From a virus (Duplodnaviria > Caudoviricetes): a stretch of 37,185 bases of DNA. The stretch lies in the IMG/VR virus record IMGVR_UViG_3300031949_000103, positions 1-37,185 of that record. One strand, written 5' to 3'. Both the position numbers and the translations under genes were made by a program. A model generated the notes under the pieces. It saw only the letters and a list, made by a program, of their open reading frames with translations, made no database searches and was not told the origin of the DNA. Shown here one piece after another: positions 16,242-23,095 of this stretch (position 1 is its first letter; each line of letters begins with the position of its first letter).

Positions 16242-17107
16242 GCGTACGCCTCCTGCTTCCGGATCTCTGCGAGGATTTGGTGCAGGGCCGTACGGTCGGT
16301 GTCACCGAGCCCGGCGACGATCTCGGCGGCGAGATCGCTGTCCGGCTTGGCGAGCAGGATGTTCTGGACGGTGGACCAGCCGGTGACGACCATCCGGATG
16401 CGCTCGCGGTCGCGCTCCAGGGATTCCTGCCGCTCCTGCTCAAGGACGCGGCGCTGGCGCTCCTCTTCGGATGCCCGCTCTACGGCCTCGCGCTCGGCTG
16501 CCGCAGCTTCCCTGCGCGCCTTCTCCTCGCGGGCGTCGAGCGCGGCGATGGCGTCGTCGATCGACATGCGCTCGTCATCGACAAGGTCAGCGAGATCGGG
16601 GGAGTCCGCACCAAGTCGCTCGCGCTTGGCCTTGATCTCGGCAGCCTCGCGCTTGCGCTCCCGAGCGGTCTCGGCTGCGGTGTCCAGCGACATAGCCCCC
16701 GCAACGACCGTGCCGGCAAGGTCCGGAGCGAAGTCGAGGACCACGGCGGCGAAACTCAGGCGGTTGGCGTCAGTCTTTGAAAACAAAGACTTCGGGGCGC
16801 TCGCCATGCGCCGGGCCTGCTCGATCAGGATGTAGCGCTGGCTCGGCCGGAGATGCCGCCGGGCGATGTTGACCGCCAGCGCGTAGCCGTCGGGGTCGTC
16901 GCCGTCGTACGTCTCGAACGTCGGCTCAACTCCGGCCAGCTCGCACGCGGCGAGCCGGTTCCGGCCGTCGAGGATCCGACCATCGGCGTCGAGTACGACC
17001 GGCTGGAGCAGGCCGCGCGCCTTGATGTCGGCGGCCAGCTCGGCCAGCTCGTCGGCGGCGAGCATCGGGAAGAGGTCGGCGACCGGGTGCGCCTTGAGGT
17101 CGGTCAT
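16238..17107 (-). CDS. ParB/Srx N-terminal-domain protein
   Basis: HPVADLFPML...DIKARGLLQPV...ILDGRNRLAAC...NIARRHL. Confidence 0.9.
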   Translation of the reverse strand: MTDLKAHPVADLFPMLAADELAELAADIKARGLLQPVVLDADGRILDGRNRLAACELAGVEPTFETYDGDDPDGYALAVNIARRHLRPSQRYILIEQARRMASAPKSLFSKTDANRLSFAAVVLDFAPDLAGTVVAGAMSLDTAAETARERKREAAEIKAKRERLGADSPDLADLVDDERMSIDDAIAALDAREEKARREAAAAEREAVERASEEERQRRVLEQERQESLERDRERIRMVVTGWSTVQNILLAKPDSDLAAEIVAGLGDTDRTALHQILAEIRKQEAYA

Positions 17108-17352
17108 GCCGCGCTCGCGGGGATCTCGTCGGGGATGGCCGGCGCGAGGAACCGGGCGACCGGGACACCGAGAATCTCGGCGACCCGCTCGATCTCCTCA
17201 GCGCGGAAGGATCTCTGGGCGGAAAGGCGCTGCTGGGCTGCGCTGCGGTCCATGCCGAGCAGGTCGGCGAAGTCGCGATTGCTGATGTTCTGACGCGCCA
17301 GCTCTGCCCGCACCTCGGCCGCGATTCGTTGGCGAGGGGTAACGTCGGTCAT
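17104..17352 (-). CDS. Cro-like XRE HTH protein (first gene of the lytic early operon)
   Basis: EVRAELARQNISNRDFADLLGMDRSAAQQRL; divergent from the repressor; ends ASAA. Confidence 0.85.
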   Translation of the reverse strand: MTDVTPRQRIAAEVRAELARQNISNRDFADLLGMDRSAAQQRLSAQRSFRAEEIERVAEILGVPVARFLAPAIPDEIPASAA

Positions 17353-17451
17353 GCCGAAACAGTGTCATGCCATCCAAGACACTGTCAAGAGATTCAAGCC
17401 GTCTGCTCTGTGAGGGTTGACGTGGCTTCATTTTGAAGCCACTATTGCGCT
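17353..17451. promoter_or_regulatory. genetic switch: divergent leaderless promoters and three 21-bp operators
   Basis: Plus: TTGACG-17-CACTAT-6-ATG. Minus: TTGACA-18-CACTGT-6-ATG. Operators at 17362-17382, 17382-17402 and 17422-17442 (the last a perfect 9-bp inverted repeat). Confidence 0.8.
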
Positions 17452-17940
17452 ATGACGACAATCCCGACGCAGGGCGCGACACTGCTACTGAGTGACCAGA
17501 TCGCCGAGGAGATCCGCGCCGAGCTCGGGCGGCAACGGATGAGTCAGCGCAAGCTGGCCGCCATGCTCGGAGTTTCGCCAGCTTGGATCAACTTCCGGCT
17601 CACCGGAGTGCAGGAGATTGGCCTGAACGACCTGGCGCGGATCTGCGCGGCCATCAACGTGCCGGTCACGCGAATCATGGCCGAGGCGCTTCGGACGGCG
17701 AGCCGATCCCAGGGGTCGGGAGCCACGGGCGATCGGCCGGCCCAAACGATAGTTCGGGTTGATTCAGATCTTCAGCCCCGCGCGGTCGCCCGTCCGGCCC
17801 GCGCCAGCAGCCATGTGGCCACCCGCACCGGGCCGCTCAGCCACGGCCGCCGCGACGCCACCAGGCCGGTATCCGCTGTCCCGGCAAATCTGCGCAGGCC
17901 GTCACCCACCCGGCCCCCCGCACGGCCGACGCCCAGGTGA
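17452..17940 (+). CDS. CI-like immunity repressor (XRE HTH) with a low-complexity C-terminal tail
   Basis: EIRAELGRQRMSQRKLAAMLGVSPAWINFRLTG; upstream of the integrase. Confidence 0.85.
   Translation: MTTIPTQGATLLLSDQIAEEIRAELGRQRMSQRKLAAMLGVSPAWINFRLTGVQEIGLNDLARICAAINVPVTRIMAEALRTASRSQGSGATGDRPAQTIVRVDSDLQPRAVARPARASSHVATRTGPLSHGRRDATRPVSAVPANLRRPSPTRPPARPTPR
17743..17775. other. candidate attP core inside the repressor gene
   Basis: AT-rich run of A/T-ending codons (ATA GTT CGG GTT GAT TCA GAT CTT) just after the HTH domain. Confidence 0.4.
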
Positions 17941-18038
17941 CACCCCAAGACCAACGATCAAGGGACCACCTAAAAGCGGGCCCCGGCCAGTGCAGCCACA
18001 CCACCCGGGAGCCCTTGACCGCAGAGGAGCTGCGACCC

Positions 18039-18275
18039 ATGCACACCGTAACCACCCGCACCGTCGAGGACCACGCCGCCGAGCTACGCCAGATCGCCGC
18101 CGGCGACGACTCGCACGAGACCTTCCTGTACGTCGAGGCCACGGCCATGGACAAGGTCCAGTCCGCCGCCGGGCCGCAGGGCGACACGGACGCCGACCGG
18201 CTCGCCGAGGTCCGCGCCATCGTCGCCGCCCTCCGCCAGGTCCGCGCCGAGCGCCGAGCGAGGCTCGGCCGATGA
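18039..18275 (+). CDS. hypothetical protein between repressor and integrase
   Basis: SD GAGGAG; ATGA overlap with the integrase. Confidence 0.7.
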   Translation: MHTVTTRTVEDHAAELRQIAAGDDSHETFLYVEATAMDKVQSAAGPQGDTDADRLAEVRAIVAALRQVRAERRARLGR

Positions 18276-19090
18276 CCGACCTCGTCGACGCCTACGCCGA
18301 GCACCTGCGCGACCTGTGCCGCGCGGCCAGCACCATCGGCACCTACCTCGACGTGCTCGGGCGCATGGACCGCGACCTGCCGTACGGGCTGGTCTCGGCC
18401 AACCACGACGAGCTGAAGGCGTGGATCTACGCCGACGGGCACGGCAAGGCGTACCGCAAGCTGTGCCGCACCGTCGCCCGTGGGTTTTTCGGCTGGGCCT
18501 GCGATCCCGTCTGCGAGCACCTGGACTTCAACCCCGCCGGGATGCTGCCTCAGGTGTCCGCGCCGAAGGGCCGGCCCAACCCGGTCGCCACCGAGACCAA
18601 GGTGGACATCCTCGCGCGTGCCGCCCGCCCGTACCGGGACTGGTTCCTCATCGCGGCGCTGGCCGGCGCCCGGTGCACCGAGATCGCCAGCCTGGACCGG
18701 GAGCACATCGGTGAGCGGCGCACCCTGCTGCACGGCAAGGGCGACAAACCGAGGCTGGTGCCGACCCACCCGGTGATCTGGGAACTCGCCCAGCAGCTCC
18801 CGCCCGGCCCGGTCGCGGTCGAGTACCGGGGGCGGCATGCCGGTGAGCGGTTGACCCGGGAGCAGATCAGCCACCGTGGCAACTACCGCCTGCAGCAGAC
18901 CCTGGGCCTGGCCGGGGTGCACATGCACCGGCTGCGGTCGACGTACGGGACGGAGGCGTACGCGACGACCCGGGACCTCCTGGCGGTGCAGCAGCTCCTC
19001 GGGCACGCCTCGCCGGCGACCACGCAGATCTACGTCGAGGTCGGTGACGAGGCGATGGACCGGGCGGTCGCCGGGATGCGCGCCGCCTAG
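18272..19090 (+). CDS. int: tyrosine integrase (272 aa, no arm-binding domain)
   Basis: GARCTE (R), HGKG (K), HRLR (HxxR), LLGH, TQIY (Y); ends MRAA. Confidence 0.93.
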   Translation: MTDLVDAYAEHLRDLCRAASTIGTYLDVLGRMDRDLPYGLVSANHDELKAWIYADGHGKAYRKLCRTVARGFFGWACDPVCEHLDFNPAGMLPQVSAPKGRPNPVATETKVDILARAARPYRDWFLIAALAGARCTEIASLDREHIGERRTLLHGKGDKPRLVPTHPVIWELAQQLPPGPVAVEYRGRHAGERLTREQISHRGNYRLQQTLGLAGVHMHRLRSTYGTEAYATTRDLLAVQQLLGHASPATTQIYVEVGDEAMDRAVAGMRAA

Positions 19091-19404
19091 AGCCGGTTCG
19101 CCCGGCGCTGTCGGCGGGCGACGTGTCCGCCGCGCGGTTCGGCGACCGGGCGGCCGGCGGGCGTGGCCACCTCGATCCTCGGTTCCCGGTTCGGGTCGAG
19201 GTGGTCGAGCCGGTCGACGACCAGGACGCCGATGTCACGGCGGGCGTACGCCTCCTCGACCTCGGTCCAGGTGCGGGCGATGCCGATGACGGTGTAGTCG
19301 CAGCGGGTGCAGTAGGTGTGGCAGCGGGCGAGGGCGTCGGCGTAGTCGCCGGCGGACAGTAGGGCTACGGGCACGTAGATGACGGCGACGATGGCGGTCG
19401 GCAC
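19087..19404 (-). CDS. serine-resolvase catalytic-domain-like mini protein lacking the catalytic motif
   Basis: AVIY...CHTYC..DYTV...DIGVLVVDRLDHL; YVPVA replaces YxRVS. Confidence 0.7.
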   Translation of the reverse strand: MPTAIVAVIYVPVALLSAGDYADALARCHTYCTRCDYTVIGIARTWTEVEEAYARRDIGVLVVDRLDHLDPNREPRIEVATPAGRPVAEPRGGHVARRQRRANRL

Positions 19405-19539
19405 GGTGGTGGTTCCCCCCGTTCGAGTGATCGTGAACGAGATTCACCAAACCGCCTGAGGTGCAGCTTGCACCATGGTCATAACGGCTGGTAACTCGAT
19501 GATCACCAGCCGCTCAGGGCCCGTCCGGTCACACCAGCC

Positions 19540-19800
19540 TCACCCGAACGTCCAGGCCCGTCCAGGCCCGGTTGCCACCCAACCCTGCCCGGTGCAGGAT
19601 GCCCCGCCGCTAGGGCGTCGCCCCCGGCAGTGCCAGCGGCCGGGGGCGATCTCGTAGCGGTCCGCCAGCTCGTCGCCGAGCAGCTCCCGCATGACCGACC
19701 GCGGCTCGGGCTCGTCGGAAACATGTTTCCGCCCGGCCTGCTCCAGCTTGGTCCCAGCTTCGGGAGTTGGAACCGACTGGTTCTGCTCGTCGTCGCACAT
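19540..19800 (-). CDS. hypothetical protein
   Basis: SD GGGAG before ATG at 19800; divergent from the AlpA-like gene. Confidence 0.4.
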   Translation of the reverse strand: MCDDEQNQSVPTPEAGTKLEQAGRKHVSDEPEPRSVMRELLGDELADRYEIAPGRWHCRGRRPSGGASCTGQGWVATGPGRAWTFG

Positions 19801-19948
19801 CGCGGTCTCCCGTCCGCCTGGCAGGCGGCGGCCGGGCCCACGGGGAAGGCAGCCGACCGCCACCAGCCCAGGCGACGTTACACCTGATTAGAGAGCAGGC
19901 ACAGAGCGTGCACACTGAGAACACCCAAAGAGGCACAGACTAGTGAAC

Positions 19949-19965
19949 GCGCACGTAACGTGCGC
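19949..19965. promoter_or_regulatory. palindromic operator over a leaderless -10 element
   Basis: GCGCACGT-A-ACGTGCGC contains TAACGT, which lies 7 nt before ATG 19969. Confidence 0.55.
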
Positions 19966-19968
19966 TCT

Positions 19969-20172
19969 ATGCACAAGATCAGGTTCATGGGTGCCGCCGA
20001 GATCGGGGAACGGCTCGGCGTCGGCCGGAACCGCGTCTACCAGATCACCCGCGACCGCGACTTCCCCGAGCCGTACCAGACCTTCGCCATGGGCAGTATC
20101 TGGCTCGCCGAGGACGTCGAGGCGTGGATCGCGGCGCACCGGCCGGCGCTGGCCGAGGACCCCGAGGAGTAG
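19969..20172 (+). CDS. AlpA/excisionase-like winged-helix protein
   Basis: MGAAEIGERLGVGRNRVYQI...DFPEP...IWLAEDVEAW. Confidence 0.88.
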   Translation: MHKIRFMGAAEIGERLGVGRNRVYQITRDRDFPEPYQTFAMGSIWLAEDVEAWIAAHRPALAEDPEE

Positions 20173-20284
20173 GCCGACCGTCCACAGTGCGGCGACGATC
20201 ATCCGATCGTCAGCCTCAGCCCTCGACGGCCTTGCCCGCGGCGTGCACCCTGTGATGGCCTCGTCACCGGATGATCGGACCGCC

Positions 20285-20803
20285 ATGAGCTACCAGCCGC
20301 CCATCGTCCCCGGCCAGCAGCCCTACCCGGGCGTGCCATACAGCCCGCCAGCCAAGAAACGCCGCGGCCCTCTGGTGTGGGTCCTCGGCGCTGTCGCTGT
20401 CGTCCTGGTCCTCTGCATCGGCTTCGCCGCCCTCGGCGCCCTCACCGCCGACGACGACCCCATCGCCGACGCCGCAACCCCGCCCGCCGCGACCACCACG
20501 CCCGCGGCCGTGAAGCAGCCGAAGCCGTCCGACTTCAAACTCACCGCGAAGGTCACCGAACAGACCTGCTACGGCGAGGCCGGCTGTGCTGTCACCTGGC
20601 TACCCGAGGTCGCCTACACCGGGCCTGCGCTCACCTCGACCTGGCTGATCCGCTACACCGTCGGGGGCGTCGAGTCCGGCACCAAGGCCGGGACGATCGT
20701 CGTGGGCGAGGGCGGCCCGGCGAAGCAGCGCGTAAAGCGCAACCGCACCGCCGGCGAGGGCACCAAGGTCACGCTGAAGGTGACCGGCGTCGAACCGGGC
20801 TGA
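20285..20803 (+). CDS. single-pass membrane protein (candidate superinfection exclusion / lysogenic conversion)
   Basis: Pro-rich N-terminus, KKRR + TM helix, extracellular domain with CYGEAGC; lysogenic orientation. Confidence 0.8.
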   Translation: MSYQPPIVPGQQPYPGVPYSPPAKKRRGPLVWVLGAVAVVLVLCIGFAALGALTADDDPIADAATPPAATTTPAAVKQPKPSDFKLTAKVTEQTCYGEAGCAVTWLPEVAYTGPALTSTWLIRYTVGGVESGTKAGTIVVGEGGPAKQRVKRNRTAGEGTKVTLKVTGVEPG

Positions 20804-20947
20804 AGCCGAGGTGGGGGCAGGGGCCCAGGGTCGACCAGCGTGTTTCCGCCCGTCCCGGCGTGCGGTAGGTGAGCCGATGGCGGCCCCTGCCGTCCGTAGA
20901 TCAGGCCACCGCGGTGACGTCGTACCAGATCAGCGGTCCCTGGCACA

Positions 20948-21130
20948 TCACGCCTCGTTCGGCACGCGCCAGGTCGCCCAGCCCGCCAGCACGGCGGCGG
21001 CGACGCCCGCGCCGATGGCTGCGGAGACGTGCTCCCGGTCGAGCGTGCCTCCAGCGACGATGGCGCCGACGGCCACCGACACGCCGGCGCTGAGCCCGGC
21101 GATGACGGCCTTGCGGATGCGAGAGATCAT
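20948..21130 (-). CDS. holin
   Basis: 60 aa, two hydrophobic helices, RKAV...WRVPN; downstream of the endolysin. Confidence 0.75.
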   Translation of the reverse strand: MISRIRKAVIAGLSAGVSVAVGAIVAGGTLDREHVSAAIGAGVAAAVLAGWATWRVPNEA

Positions 21131-21207
21131 GACGAAACTCCGATCTTGGGATTCAAAGGTTTAGGGCCGAAACCTGAACAGCAGGCCCGGCAATGCAAGG
21201 AACGCGG

Positions 21208-21495
21208 CTACCGGGTCAACAGCGCGACGAGCGCCACCGCCGCCGAGCCCAGCGCGATCAGCGCGGTCACGCTGGCGAGCGGCCACCGGCCCCGCTCCAT
21301 CACCCGCAACCGCGCCTCGTGATCGGTGAGCCGCTCCGCCGCCCCTGCCAGCGGGCGCAGCTCCGTGTCGTGCTCGGCAACCACCTGCTCGGTCCGCTCA
21401 TGCCGCGACAGCGCGGTGTCCACGCGCGACGTCAGCGCGACCAACTGCCGGTAGATGTCCTCAAGGGTGATCACCACCCCGCCGGGCGTGGTCAT
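21208..21495 (-). CDS. lysis-cassette membrane protein (coiled coil + C-terminal TM)
   Basis: ITLEDIY...DHEARLRVMERGRWPL followed by a TM helix. Confidence 0.8.
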   Translation of the reverse strand: MTTPGGVVITLEDIYRQLVALTSRVDTALSRHERTEQVVAEHDTELRPLAGAAERLTDHEARLRVMERGRWPLASVTALIALGSAAVALVALLTR

Positions 21496-22379
21496 GCCGC
21501 AGGCGGGGTCAGCAACCCCTTGATCTCCGCCAGGGTCGCCTCGACGCGCGTCAGGCGTGCCTGCACGCTGTTGCCGTCCAGGTCACCATCGCCGTCGACG
21601 TCCGTGGTCTGCGCCGCGGCGGTCTGCTCGAACACGTAGTCGAGCTTGCCGATCACCGACAGGTCCGCCCAGCCCCGGTCCTTGATCCGGACCAGCGTGT
21701 ACGGCACCTTCGTCTGCAGGGCTGCCAGCGCTCCGGCCTTCGCCGCGTCCTTGACCTGCTGCTCAGTTGCCATCTCGTCCCACTCCTTCGGTGCTGGCGG
21801 CGCGAGCTCGTCCCGCACCATGTCGAGGAAGATGTCCCACGGGAACTCGCGTCCGGGGTCGGTATGGTCGCCGCCGTCTTCCGGGTACGCCTCGGTGCAG
21901 TCGACGTGCCCGACGAACCCTTTCGGCCCGGCCGGAAAGCTGGTCCACGCCTTGCGCGTCTCGGCGACCGTGAGGTGCCGCACGGGGATGCCGTACTTGC
22001 GGCAGTCCCGGGCGGCCTGTTTCGCGGCGTTGCGTAACGTCGGCAAGCTGGCCGCGTCGAGCCACTGCGCCCGGGTCTGGACGGTGCCGCACAGCTCGTA
22101 CTGGATCCCGAGGCGGTTGCCGCGGTGCCGCGCGCAGTTCGCCCGGTCCCGGGTCAGGACACCCTGCACGACGCTGTCCCGGTCGACGAAGTAGTGCGCG
22201 CTGGTGCCGTCGGTGCGGGTCTGGTTGTAGCGGGCGCCGTCCTCCGCCGACGTGGCCCGTTCGGACCCGGCGGTGTAGTGGATCACGATGTACCGCACGG
22301 CCTTGCCGTCGCGGCCGCGGCCCCACGCGCGCGGCTCGACCCACGGCAGGTCGGGGTATTCGCTACTCTTCGTCGCCAT
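21492..22379 (-). CDS. endolysin, N-acetylmuramoyl-L-alanine amidase (Amidase_2)
   Basis: IVIHYTAG, SAHYFVD, IQYELCG, GHVD, DHTDPG..FPW. Confidence 0.93.
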   Translation of the reverse strand: MATKSSEYPDLPWVEPRAWGRGRDGKAVRYIVIHYTAGSERATSAEDGARYNQTRTDGTSAHYFVDRDSVVQGVLTRDRANCARHRGNRLGIQYELCGTVQTRAQWLDAASLPTLRNAAKQAARDCRKYGIPVRHLTVAETRKAWTSFPAGPKGFVGHVDCTEAYPEDGGDHTDPGREFPWDIFLDMVRDELAPPAPKEWDEMATEQQVKDAAKAGALAALQTKVPYTLVRIKDRGWADLSVIGKLDYVFEQTAAAQTTDVDGDGDLDGNSVQARLTRVEATLAEIKGLLTPPAA

Positions 22380-22388
22380 GCTTCCTCC

Positions 22389-23093
22389 TTACCCGGTGTA
22401 CAAATCCATGATCACGATGCCCGCGCCGCCAGCCCCGCCGGACCGGCCCGCGGTGCTGGCCGCCGAGCTGGAGCCGCCGCCACCACCGCCGTAGACGCCG
22501 CCGTCCGTTCCTGACGCGTTGACGCCGCCCTTGCCGTTGCCACCCATGTGCGAGGTTCCGCCGCCACCACCGGACTGCTGGCCGGACGCGTACGCCGTGC
22601 CGTTGCGCAGGCCGTGGTAGCCGTAGCCGCCCGGGATGAGCAGGTCCCCGGTGGTGCCCGCCCCGCCCGCCCCGCCCTGGACGTAGAACCACGTCGTGGA
22701 CGTACCACCGTTGGTGCCGCCGACCCCGCCGGCCGCGACCACCAGCGTGCCGAACGAGGACGTACCGCCGGTCCCCGCCGAGCCGGTGCCCGCGGTGCCG
22801 CCCGCCGTCCCGCCCGCGCCGACCGTGACGGTCTCGGAGGTGGCCATGTCGTCGACGTCCACCAGCGCCTCGGCGTACCCGCCGCCGCCGCCTCCACCAC
22901 CCACGCTGTTGTTACCGGCCGCGTTGGTCTCGGTGCCGCCGCCACCACCACCGCCGGCCTGCACGCGGATACGGGCGAAGGTGACGTCGGGGTAGGACGC
23001 CTTGGCGAACGTGCCGGACGCCGTGTAGATGACGGTCTCCTGGTACGACAGGGAGATCTCGCTGGCGTAGACGGGGTCTCCTGCGAGTCCCAT
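22389..23093 (-). CDS. glycine-rich minor tail/fiber protein
   Basis: YTASGTF...VQAGGGGGG...GGAGGAGIVI; SD GGAGG. Confidence 0.85.
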   Translation of the reverse strand: MGLAGDPVYASEISLSYQETVIYTASGTFAKASYPDVTFARIRVQAGGGGGGGTETNAAGNNSVGGGGGGGGYAEALVDVDDMATSETVTVGAGGTAGGTAGTGSAGTGGTSSFGTLVVAAGGVGGTNGGTSTTWFYVQGGAGGAGTTGDLLIPGGYGYHGLRNGTAYASGQQSGGGGGTSHMGGNGKGGVNASGTDGGVYGGGGGGSSSAASTAGRSGGAGGAGIVIMDLYTG

Positions 23094-23095
23094 TG

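Noticed and set aside
17742-17769. dif-like XerCD site
   Set aside because: Only loose resemblance to an 11-6-11 layout, with a poor XerD-arm match; retained only as a generic attP candidate.
19549-19570. Tandem CGTCCAGGCC duplication resembling the origin iterons
   Set aside because: Only two copies, inside a probable ORF; likely slippage or chance.
20901-20948. 15-aa ORF MCQGPLIWYDVTAVA coupled to the holin stop
   Set aside because: Too short to support without conservation data.
22400-22960. GGC/GGT-rich repeats
   Set aside because: Explained by the glycine-rich tail protein coding sequence.
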